Origin: a virus
Lineage: Duplodnaviria; Caudoviricetes
Virus record (IMG/VR): IMGVR_UViG_3300042349_000289
Location: 1 to 26,380 of that record
Reading direction: 5' to 3' (one strand)
Length of the DNA: 26,380 nt
The position numbers were made by a program, and so were the translations under genes. Positions 1 to 8,550 of the stretch are shown in pieces (position 1 is the first letter of the stretch; every line of letters begins with the position of its first letter). The notes below the pieces were generated by a model. That model searched no databases and was not told the origin of the DNA. It worked only from the letters and a program-made list of their open reading frames with translations.

Positions 1-1
1 T

Positions 2-214
2 TTAGAACTACAAAAAAAAATTGAAGCCGAAAACACGCCTGCAATTTCATTTGATGCTGATAGAAACCCAATTGAATATGGAAAACCATTTCCCGTATTG
101 TTGTGGAAATTTATAGATGAGAACGGCAATATATGGAATACGGAAACTGCAATTGATGGAACAGAAGATGAAGCAAAACAAATCATTTTGCAAAGCATAA
201 CAAATAATGGCTAA
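2..214 (+). CDS. 5'-truncated hypothetical protein (…LELQKKIEAENTPAISFDAD…IILQSITNNG*)
   Basis: Frame open from the window edge to TAA at 212-214, overlapping the next ATG at 207; not in the supplied ORF track. Confidence 0.7.
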   Translation, partial: LELQKKIEAENTPAISFDADRNPIEYGKPFPVLLWKFIDENGNIWNTETAIDGTEDEAKQIILQSITNNG

Positions 215-1070
215 GACAAAAAACACATCTGATAGTGCAAACAGATTCCGATTGTCCGAGCAGGAAATTGAAATGCTGATGCAACACAGGCATGGAATGA
301 TTGATGAATCAGATATTGTTCCTGCTTGGTTGATGCAAATGGAAGATGGCAAAAATGAAATTCCTGATGAAATAATCATCACAGGAAAAACAGCCGTTTT
401 ATGTGACATTCATTTGGGATTCCATGACATTGATGCAATCACAGCATGCATCATGTATTTAGCAAAAGAAAAACCTGACAACATCATTTTGAATGGTGAT
501 TTGATTGATGCACACAAATTATCAAGATGGGCAAAAAGAAAAGATGATATTGAATTTGTGATGGAATTAAAACTTGCAAGAAATTTCATGGATAATTTGC
601 AGGCACAATTCCCAAATGCCAAATTGTATTTCAAAGTTGGGAACCATGAAGACCGCTTGGAAAGATACATCATGGAAAAGGCTGAACAATTTGCAGGCAT
701 TGTTGATTGGATTTCATTGCTCGAATTAAAGCAAAAGGGAATTTCATTTGTCGATTCAATGCAATTGATGATGGTGAATTCAATTTGGCTTGCACATGGA
801 CATGAATTGAAAGTAAGTGGAATGTCACCTGCACATGCTCTGATGAATAAAGTCATGTCGAATTGTGCCATTGGACACTTGCATAAAACATCCACAGCGC
901 GAAAAAAGACATTGGATGGTGAATTCATAAGGTGTGATTCAATTGGCACCTTGTCAAAGCTCAAAAGGGGATATATGATGCATTCACAAAGCAATCATGG
1001 TTTTGCAATCATTCATGAAGATGGACAGATGCAGAACATGATCATTGAACACGGAAAGGTGATGAAATGA
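207..1070 (+). CDS. Calcineurin-like metallophosphoesterase
   Basis: All five motifs in order: CDIH, GDLID, GNHE, HGH, GHLH. Confidence 0.92.
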   Translation: MAKTKNTSDSANRFRLSEQEIEMLMQHRHGMIDESDIVPAWLMQMEDGKNEIPDEIIITGKTAVLCDIHLGFHDIDAITACIMYLAKEKPDNIILNGDLIDAHKLSRWAKRKDDIEFVMELKLARNFMDNLQAQFPNAKLYFKVGNHEDRLERYIMEKAEQFAGIVDWISLLELKQKGISFVDSMQLMMVNSIWLAHGHELKVSGMSPAHALMNKVMSNCAIGHLHKTSTARKKTLDGEFIRCDSIGTLSKLKRGYMMHSQSNHGFAIIHEDGQMQNMIIEHGKVMK

Positions 1071-1549
1071 TGGACAGCATGAATAGAATCATTTGGGCAA
1101 TGATTGCAATGGCATTGATAGCAGGATTCCTATTTGGCAAAGGATGTCAAGAAAAGGGCTACAAATCGATTCTAAGACGCGATACTGTAAAAACAGTACA
1201 AACTATTGAACGACCTGTTTTCATCAAACCTGAAGTCCGTGTGAAGCAAATATTGGTTCCCTATCGTGATACAATGTATGTCAAAGAGCAATTGCCATGT
1301 GATTCAGCATTCATTGCACAGGCAGATTCAGTTATTACGACAACAGGGGACACAATTCAAGTTGCATTCTCACATATTCCATTTGACAAGTCTTTTTTCA
1401 GTATGGTAGTTAAACCAAGACCTGATTCCATATTGACAAAGACAATTGAAATTCCTATTATTCAGGAAAGCAAAACAACAGATATTGGTTGGATCATTTC
1501 AGCATTTGCCATTGGTTTGGGCATTGGCATATTGGGAGCATCAAGATGA
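1067..1549 (+). CDS. Membrane-anchored protein, possible unimolecular spanin-like lysis accessory
   Basis: N-terminal hydrophobic stretch followed by Cys27 (FLFGKG-C), beta-rich middle, C-terminal hydrophobic segment IGWIISAFAIGLGIGILGA. Confidence 0.5.
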   Translation: MMDSMNRIIWAMIAMALIAGFLFGKGCQEKGYKSILRRDTVKTVQTIERPVFIKPEVRVKQILVPYRDTMYVKEQLPCDSAFIAQADSVITTTGDTIQVAFSHIPFDKSFFSMVVKPRPDSILTKTIEIPIIQESKTTDIGWIISAFAIGLGIGILGASR

Positions 1550-2133
1550 AAGTGGCATTGACAAAACTCAAGAACAATCCGAAAAACCCGCGTGTGATTC
1601 GTGATGAAAAATTCAACAAACTGAAAAAGAGCATTGAAGATTTTCCTGACATGCTCGAAAAAAGACCATTGGTTGTATTCACTGACAAAGATGGAAAGTT
1701 TGTTGTATTGGGTGGTAACATGAGATTGAAAGCAGCAAAGGAACTTGGCATCAAAGAATTGCCTGTGATTCTTGCTGATGAATGGACAGAGGAACAAAAG
1801 GCACAATTCTTGATCAAAGACAATGTGAACTTTGGTGAATGGAATCATGAAGAATTGGCAAATGAATGGGATGCAATTCAATTACAAGAATGGGGATTGG
1901 ATTTGCCTGTAAATTTGGAAACAGAAGACATTGACTATTCAATTTTGGATGAAGATGATCTTGGCGACAAACTTCAGGAAATGCAAGATGGTGTGAAGAA
2001 AGCAATACAAATTGAATTTGATGCTGAACATTATGAAGAGGCATTCGCCGTTGTGAAGTTTTGGAGAGAGCAGGGAGCGTATGTTGGTAAGATGATTTTG
2101 GATTATCTGCAATCAGAAAAGGAAAAATTGTGA
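1546..2133 (+). CDS. ParB/Srx-like N-terminal domain protein (phage packaging-locus type)
   Basis: LKNNPKNPR…LKKSIEDFP…RPLVV…VLGGNMRLKAAKELG…KDN motifs; start placed at ATG 1546 (ATGA overlap with the upstream stop) rather than 1489. Confidence 0.88.
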   Translation: MKVALTKLKNNPKNPRVIRDEKFNKLKKSIEDFPDMLEKRPLVVFTDKDGKFVVLGGNMRLKAAKELGIKELPVILADEWTEEQKAQFLIKDNVNFGEWNHEELANEWDAIQLQEWGLDLPVNLETEDIDYSILDEDDLGDKLQEMQDGVKKAIQIEFDAEHYEEAFAVVKFWREQGAYVGKMILDYLQSEKEKL

Positions 2134-2861
2134 TTTGCTATATCCCAACAAAAAAAAGATACAATACCAAAACACACAAATTGTTTGAAAGTTCTGGTAT
2201 TAAGTTTCTGCACTTCATAGAGCCACAGGAAATAGATGCATACAATGTGCCCAATAAAATTTCTATTGAGAAAAATGACATGGGCATTGGTTATGTTAGA
2301 AATTTTATGTTGAATTTCGCAAAACAAAATAATCATGAATGGGTTATATTTTGTGATGATGATGTGAATGGATTTGGCATATACAATGGCAAAACAGAAA
2401 GGAAAGATGCAACAATATGGCATGAAATATATCAAAAGGCAAAGCAAATGCCATTTGAGTTGATTGGAATAAATTATGTTCAACATGCATGGCACGAAAA
2501 AAAAACATATTCAGTGAATTCAAAATTCGCGGAAGTATGCATTTTGGTGAACATAGCAAAAATACATTGGCAGTATAGACCACAATTTGACACAAAAGAG
2601 GACAGGGACTTTTGTTTACAAGCAATAAAATACGGCAATGGGATTCTTAGATTCAATAAGTATTGGTTCTCTTGTCCAAATGTAGGCACCAACAAAGGCG
2701 GATTGCAAGACAGTTACATAAGTAAAAAAGATGAAATAGCAGCAAAAAAAATGTGTATGGAATGGCACCCGTTTCTTCAAATGACTAATAAAAAAGGCAG
2801 GAACGATATAAAGTCCGACATAAAAGCATTGGCAAAATTTTATGGTAGGGATGTAAGATGA
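2130..2861 (+). CDS. TET/JBP-associated glycosyltransferase (TAGT/GREB1-like, GT-A fold)
   Basis: YIPTKKR N-terminus, GIGYVRNF, metal-binding CDDD (DDD at 2355-2363), KEDRDF, GTNKGGL; GTGA overlap with the ParB-like gene and ATGA overlap with the dioxygenase. Confidence 0.82.
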   Translation: MICYIPTKKRYNTKTHKLFESSGIKFLHFIEPQEIDAYNVPNKISIEKNDMGIGYVRNFMLNFAKQNNHEWVIFCDDDVNGFGIYNGKTERKDATIWHEIYQKAKQMPFELIGINYVQHAWHEKKTYSVNSKFAEVCILVNIAKIHWQYRPQFDTKEDRDFCLQAIKYGNGILRFNKYWFSCPNVGTNKGGLQDSYISKKDEIAAKKMCMEWHPFLQMTNKKGRNDIKSDIKALAKFYGRDVR

Positions 2862-3661
2862 AAAGAATTGATTTGATTAAAGTGGAACACCAAGTTAAAG
2901 TCAATGACAATTGTCCAATTATACAACCAAATGTGACGGAAGATTGCATATTATATTCCGATGGTCAGCCTATTGGATTTTACATAAAGCGTATGTCGCA
3001 ACGCATGTGTGAAATTGCTAAGATTGCAGATGTTGAATTTAGAAGTAACAATGTTCCAAAAACATTAATGGTAAGGGCAACAGTTCCAACAAAAGAAGCA
3101 TACGAATTACTAAAGAAAAATAAATCAGGCGAACAAAGGGTAAATCAATATTCTACGATATTGGGCGGTGTTCCGCCTAAGGCACAATTCAAAAGGCTTT
3201 ACGGAAATTTATCCAGTGTTCATTCTGTACAATCAGCACAAACATTCATCAAGGCAATGTTGATGTTAGCAATTGAAAGTGAAAAATTAATTGCAGAAAT
3301 TTTGCCATCACAATATGAAAGACAAAAGGAATTGTTCAAAGATGTTCCTGACAAATGGAAATTTGGCAATCTGTTTACATCATCAATTTCTAATTTCAAT
3401 ATATCAGCACCATTTCACAGAGATACGGGAAACATAGTTGGTGCAGTCAATGTCATCATCACCAAAAGAAAGAATGCAGACGGTGGCAATCTTCATGTTC
3501 CTGATTACAATGCAACATTTGATAGTTGTGATAATTCCATATTGGTTTACCCTGCATGGCGCAATGTTCATGGTGTCACACCAATTGTTCCAACGGCAGA
3601 AAGTGGATACAGGAATTCATTGATTTTTTATCCCTTGAAAGCGTTTGTTGGATTGCAATAA
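2858..3661 (+). CDS. TET/JBP-family 2-oxoglutarate/Fe(II) dioxygenase (5-methylpyrimidine oxidase)
   Basis: HxD in APFHRDTGN (3416-3424), distal His in VHGVTPI (3569-3571), 2OG-binding RNSLIFY (from 3611) matching the TET RxSxxxY pattern. Confidence 0.88.
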   Translation: MKRIDLIKVEHQVKVNDNCPIIQPNVTEDCILYSDGQPIGFYIKRMSQRMCEIAKIADVEFRSNNVPKTLMVRATVPTKEAYELLKKNKSGEQRVNQYSTILGGVPPKAQFKRLYGNLSSVHSVQSAQTFIKAMLMLAIESEKLIAEILPSQYERQKELFKDVPDKWKFGNLFTSSISNFNISAPFHRDTGNIVGAVNVIITKRKNADGGNLHVPDYNATFDSCDNSILVYPAWRNVHGVTPIVPTAESGYRNSLIFYPLKAFVGLQ

Positions 3662-3663
3662 CA

Positions 3664-4026
3664 ATGGCGTACAAAAAAGAAAACATATTGAAAGAATCAT
3701 TGGAGCTGATTGAGAAACATCACCTGATTTTCATTGATGATATCATTGGATTGTTGCCATGTTCAGCACCAACATTCTATTCTTTTTTCCCGCCTGAATC
3801 TAATGAACTTAATGACATAAAAGCAAGATTGGCAAAGAACAGAATCAGCATGAAAGCAAACATGCGCAAAAAGTGGTATCAATCAGAGAATGCAACATTG
3901 CAAGTTGCCTTGATGAAATTGATTGCAACAGATGATGAAGCTGCAAGACTATCAGGCGTGCCAAAGGAAACAAAGCAAAAGGAAGATGCATTGACAATCA
4001 AATGGAATCAAATGAATGCAGATTGA
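3664..4026 (+). CDS. terS: Putative terminase small subunit
   Basis: 120 aa, helical with an HTH-like segment (LLPCSAPTFY), overlapping the terL start; start placed at ATG 3664 just after the dioxygenase stop. Confidence 0.7.
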   Translation: MAYKKENILKESLELIEKHHLIFIDDIIGLLPCSAPTFYSFFPPESNELNDIKARLAKNRISMKANMRKKWYQSENATLQVALMKLIATDDEAARLSGVPKETKQKEDALTIKWNQMNAD

Positions 4027-5170
4027 TGTCACTCTACATAAGACACAAATGGAAGTGATGGAACAGCGCAAAAGATTCAATGTTGTAAGATGTGGCAGGC
4101 GTTGGGGAAAATCAACACTTGCTTTTGCATTGGCATTGGAAACAATGGTTGGAATGCAAGGGACAAAAGTGCTTTACACTGCACCATCGAATGAAGAATT
4201 GAAAGGCAGATATCAGGAAGCCAAGAACATGTTCACTGCCGTTGGTGCAGAATGCAAGGAAGGTGAAATTAGACTTGGTGAATCATTCCTGCACTTGAAA
4301 GGGATTTGGCGTGCTGATGCCTTGCGTGGTTCAAAATACCATAGAATGATTGGAGATGAATGGGCATATTGTGACAATGCAGAAGATGATTGGAATTTTG
4401 TTTTGCGTCCTATGCTCACTGATTACCGTGGTGATTCATTTTTCTTTTCAACACCAAAAGGAAAGAATCATTTTTCAGAACTTGATTCAATGCAAAACAA
4501 GTTTGATGATTGGCAGTCATTTCATTTCACAACTTATGACAACCCATTGATTGATGCCGATGAAGTGAATCAACAAAGGGATTCAATGCCATCACTTGTT
4601 TTTGCACAGGAATATTTGGCAGAATATGTTGATAGGGATGCAGCGAAAATCAAAAGGGAATGGATTCGCATTTCAAATCAAATGGAATGCAAATCATTCT
4701 ATATTGGTGTTGACTTGGCAATATCTGAAAAAGAAACTGCTGATTACACTGCAATTTGTGTTATTGGATTAACTGCAAAGAATGAAGTGGTTGTTTGTGA
4801 AATGATGCGAGGGCGTTGGACATTTGTTGAAATTGGTGAAAGGATTATTGCCATGGAAGACAAATGGAAACCAAAGGTTGTTGCAATTGAATCAAATCAG
4901 GCACAAGCATGGTTGGTTCAGGAACTCAAAAGAAACACAAGAATGAATGTGATTGGGATTCCAAGCACAAAAGACAAGATGATAAGATTTCAACCGATTG
5001 AAGCAAAATATGAAAGAGGGCTTGTCTATCATGTCTCTCATTTGCTTCCTGAATTCACTGATGAATTGTTATCATTCACAGGCACTAAACAAGATAGGCA
5101 TGATGACATGATTGATGCATTGTCAATGGCTTTTAATGCCATAAGAAAAACACCAAGTATTCATGTATAA
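4016..5170 (+). CDS. terL: Terminase large subunit
   Basis: Walker A CGRRWGKST, Walker B MIGDE, motif III FSTPKG, RNase H-like nuclease GVDLA…DYTA…HDDMIDA. Confidence 0.96.
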   Translation: MQIDVTLHKTQMEVMEQRKRFNVVRCGRRWGKSTLAFALALETMVGMQGTKVLYTAPSNEELKGRYQEAKNMFTAVGAECKEGEIRLGESFLHLKGIWRADALRGSKYHRMIGDEWAYCDNAEDDWNFVLRPMLTDYRGDSFFFSTPKGKNHFSELDSMQNKFDDWQSFHFTTYDNPLIDADEVNQQRDSMPSLVFAQEYLAEYVDRDAAKIKREWIRISNQMECKSFYIGVDLAISEKETADYTAICVIGLTAKNEVVVCEMMRGRWTFVEIGERIIAMEDKWKPKVVAIESNQAQAWLVQELKRNTRMNVIGIPSTKDKMIRFQPIEAKYERGLVYHVSHLLPEFTDELLSFTGTKQDRHDDMIDALSMAFNAIRKTPSIHV

Positions 5171-5179
5171 GGATTGAGA

Positions 5180-7222
5180 ATGTCACTATATGCAAACATA
5201 TTAGAGCGTGTGAAATTCATTGCAGGCGGTGTTCAGGAAAAACGCAAAAGACCACCAATTGGATATTTGAATGATGGCAGGGGAATGACATCCGTGACAT
5301 CAGGACAGGAATTGATTGCATCAGCAACAGGCACTGTTTTTGCATGTTTGCAATTGCGTGCCAATGGATTGATGTCTGTTGACATGAAACCCTTTCGTGA
5401 ATTGAATTGGGAAAAGGAAGAATTGTCAAATAGTCATTGGGTAAATCGCCTGATGAAAAATCCAAATCCATATTTCACATATTCGCAAATATTCAAGAGC
5501 ATTCAAAATTGGTTTGATATCAATGGCAATGCATTTGTGTGGACACCAAAACTCGGACATGATGTTCCATTGCAAATGTGGGTATTGAATCCAACACGAA
5601 TGAGAGTCATCAGAGGTGGTGACAATTTCATCAAAGGGTATGTATATCAATCCGCGAATGATGGTGCATTCACTTTGCCAGAAGATGAAGTCATGCACAT
5701 TGCAAATTTGTTTCCTGCATCTTCCAAACCTGATGAAATGATTGGCATGAATATATTCGGCAAAGGACTTGTTTCAGCCGTATTGCCATATGCAAGCATT
5801 GACAAAGAAGTAAGTGACTATCTTTCAAGATTCTTTGCAAATGATGCCGTTCCACCATTGATTGCAACATCAGCAGATAATGTTGATGGCGATTTGTGGA
5901 ATACATTGAAAGAGCAATGGAATGAAGCCCTGCCAAATTACAGATTGCGTGCATTGTTGGATGGTGGATTGCAATTGACAATGCCACCTGAATCACAGAT
6001 TGGAATGTCTTATGATTCAATTTCAAAAGATGTCCGCTCTCAAATTGCACAGGTGTTTGGGGTTCCAACAGGAATGCTCACAGGTGAATTCCAAAATCGT
6101 GCAACAGCAGAAGTGCAATATGCCGTGTTTAGACAGCAGACAATTGATCCTGTTGCAATTTACATGGCAGAGGAATTCACAAGGCATTTCAGACGCTATG
6201 AAGATGACATATTGATTCAGGCACAGCCGTATGAATTTGCTGATGTTGATTCCCAAATCAAGCAGGAAGAATTTGAATTGAAATATGGCATCAAAACAAT
6301 CAATGATGCAAGACGCGAAAGAGGATATGACACAATTGATGGTGGTGATGTTGCAATGCTTGTCAATGGCGTTGTTCCTATTACAACAGTAGTTTCATCC
6401 CCTGATTCAGTTACCGTTGCACCACGGGCGTTTATAGGGGCAAAAAATACTATTGTGCCACGATCATTCCCTATGGAAACAGCAGATGCAAAAGCTGAAT
6501 CATGGCGACAATATGATGAAATGGCAGAAAGCATATCAGGCAAATTGGGAATTCTTGTCAAGTCATTTGTTGAACAATTCCAAATACAAGCGGATGAAGC
6601 GGTTGCAAAAGGCTATGATGTGGAAATGTCAATGAACCTAACTGATGAACAATTGAATGAATTGAATTTGACAATTGCAGAATCAACACAAGTAGTCATG
6701 CAACAGGTTTTGTCTGATTTGGGTTTGGGCATAGAAGATTTGAGTGGGCAATTAGGGCAGGAAATTCAACAAATGACAAGAGACTTGAATGCAAATATAT
6801 CAGAGTCAATTCAAGATTCAATGTTCCTGATAAAAGATGATGTCATTGAAACAATTGCAGAGAATGCAACACAACCGAAGGAAGTGATTGATGAAATATT
6901 GCAAAGGAAATTCAGAACACTTTCAACATCAAGAACAAAGATGATTGCACAGACAACGGCAACATCAGTGACCACAGGAACGCAAAAGACTGTATTCACA
7001 GGAATGGGAATCAAATCAATGTGGAATTCACAAAGAGATGGCAGAGTCAGGCCAAGTCACAGGCGTATGGATGGACAAATTGAAAATGAACTCGGTTGGT
7101 TCAAATTTCGTGATGGTTCATTGATTGACAGACCATGTGGCAGATCACAGGGCGGAACATCGGTTGATGTTTCCAATGTGGTGAATTGCCGTTGTTATTT
7201 GTTTCCTGTTCAGGACAAATAA
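5180..7222 (+). CDS. Portal protein (HK97-type) fused to a C-terminal MuF/SPP1 gp7-like minor head domain
   Basis: Portal motifs LMKNPNPY, GNAFV, LNPTRM, IAQVFGVP, TINDARRERGY; MuF motifs WNSQRDGRVRPSHRRMDGQ and NCRC; one uninterrupted frame (ATG 5180, or TTG 5174). Confidence 0.9.
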   Translation: MSLYANILERVKFIAGGVQEKRKRPPIGYLNDGRGMTSVTSGQELIASATGTVFACLQLRANGLMSVDMKPFRELNWEKEELSNSHWVNRLMKNPNPYFTYSQIFKSIQNWFDINGNAFVWTPKLGHDVPLQMWVLNPTRMRVIRGGDNFIKGYVYQSANDGAFTLPEDEVMHIANLFPASSKPDEMIGMNIFGKGLVSAVLPYASIDKEVSDYLSRFFANDAVPPLIATSADNVDGDLWNTLKEQWNEALPNYRLRALLDGGLQLTMPPESQIGMSYDSISKDVRSQIAQVFGVPTGMLTGEFQNRATAEVQYAVFRQQTIDPVAIYMAEEFTRHFRRYEDDILIQAQPYEFADVDSQIKQEEFELKYGIKTINDARRERGYDTIDGGDVAMLVNGVVPITTVVSSPDSVTVAPRAFIGAKNTIVPRSFPMETADAKAESWRQYDEMAESISGKLGILVKSFVEQFQIQADEAVAKGYDVEMSMNLTDEQLNELNLTIAESTQVVMQQVLSDLGLGIEDLSGQLGQEIQQMTRDLNANISESIQDSMFLIKDDVIETIAENATQPKEVIDEILQRKFRTLSTSRTKMIAQTTATSVTTGTQKTVFTGMGIKSMWNSQRDGRVRPSHRRMDGQIENELGWFKFRDGSLIDRPCGRSQGGTSVDVSNVVNCRCYLFPVQDK

Positions 7223-7224
7223 TC

Positions 7225-8550
7225 ATGGCAGAAACATACAAACCAACAGACGGCATGAAGATTGAAGCCGCTCGCGCAATCAAATGGATTGAAGATGGTC
7301 ACGAAGGTGGAACGCGAGTTGGAAGAATAAGAGCACGGCAAATTGTCAATGGTGATTCATTATCATTTGACATTGTGCAAAGGATGTATTCCTATTTTTC
7401 AAGGCATGAAGTTGACAAGAAAGCAGAAGGCTTTGAACCTGATGAAAAAGGATATCCAAGCAAAGGGCGTGTTGCATGGGGATTGTGGGGTGGTGATGCA
7501 GGCTTCACATGGTCACGAAACATAATTGAATCAGCAAAAGCAAAACAAGAATCAAAAGGAATGAATATGCAAAATGTTATCCATCGTGAATTCACTTTAG
7601 TGAAACGCGATTATGATGAAAAGGAATATGAAGAAAAAGATGATGGCATTTGGTCTTTCACCATCAGCACCCCTGATGTTGATAGATATGGGACCATTAT
7701 CATTCCAAGTGGAATTGATTACATGGCATACATGAATAATCCTGTTGTCTTAATCAATCACAAATCAGATTATTTGCCAATTGGAAAATGTCTTGGATTT
7801 TTCTTGAATGGTGAAAACTTGGAAGCCACAATCCAATTGGACATGAACGATGAAAAGGCATGCAAGGTAAATGACAAAATCAAGAATGGATTTGTGTCTG
7901 CCGTTTCCGTTGGAATTATTCCAATTGAACAAACAGAACAAACGATTGAAGGCGAAAAAATAATCACATACCCTAGATCAGAATTGGTTGAATTTTCGGT
8001 TGTCACGATTCCCGCAAATCGTGATGCATTAATCAAGAAACATTTTGAGAATCAGCAACCCAAAAGTTTCCGCGATGTATTAAAAAAATTATATGAGGAA
8101 AAACGAATGTTGACACCTGAACAGGTTGTTGCCATCGAAGAACAATTGCTACCAGTCATCAAGGAAGCCGCGTTGCTATTCTTGAAAGAGGAATTGGGAA
8201 TTGAAGAAACATTGGCAACACAAGCAGCAGAAGAAGGCACAATGGAAATGGCAGAAAAAGTCATGGAAATTTTGAATCCTGATGCAACAGCACAACCAGA
8301 ACCACAAGATGAACCTGAACCTGCGCAACCATCACCTGATGCAACAGCACCTGTTGAAGCATCATTTGAAACAAGAGCAGGGAGAAGAATTGCAGCAACA
8401 ACAATGTCATTGATTATGGAAGGCGTTGGAATGATCAATGAAGGAAACAAGAAAATCAAAAAAGCGATTGATACAGAAAGAGGCTTTTCAATTGAATTGC
8501 CTGTCAAGATGAATGCAGAAACAATTTTGAACACAATTGAATGGAAATGA
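7225..8550 (+). CDS. HK97-family prohead protease with an extra N-terminal domain and an acidic C-terminal scaffold-like region
   Basis: STPDVDRYG, PVVLINH, PIGK, AVSVG, LVEFSVVTIPAN; located between portal and capsid; start placed at ATG 7225. Confidence 0.9.
   Translation: MAETYKPTDGMKIEAARAIKWIEDGHEGGTRVGRIRARQIVNGDSLSFDIVQRMYSYFSRHEVDKKAEGFEPDEKGYPSKGRVAWGLWGGDAGFTWSRNIIESAKAKQESKGMNMQNVIHREFTLVKRDYDEKEYEEKDDGIWSFTISTPDVDRYGTIIIPSGIDYMAYMNNPVVLINHKSDYLPIGKCLGFFLNGENLEATIQLDMNDEKACKVNDKIKNGFVSAVSVGIIPIEQTEQTIEGEKIITYPRSELVEFSVVTIPANRDALIKKHFENQQPKSFRDVLKKLYEEKRMLTPEQVVAIEEQLLPVIKEAALLFLKEELGIEETLATQAAEEGTMEMAEKVMEILNPDATAQPEPQDEPEPAQPSPDATAPVEASFETRAGRRIAATTMSLIMEGVGMINEGNKKIKKAIDTERGFSIELPVKMNAETILNTIEWK
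8278..8350 (+). repeat. 16-bp direct repeat CCTGATGCAACAGCAC (8278-8293, 8335-8350) flanking a Pro/Glu linker
   Basis: Both copies read directly; each encodes PDATA. Confidence 0.8.

Noticed and set aside
1546-2133. ParB-like gene as a plasmid-prophage partition system
   Set aside because: No ParA, parS repeats or ParB HTH seen; the context is the modification/terminase locus
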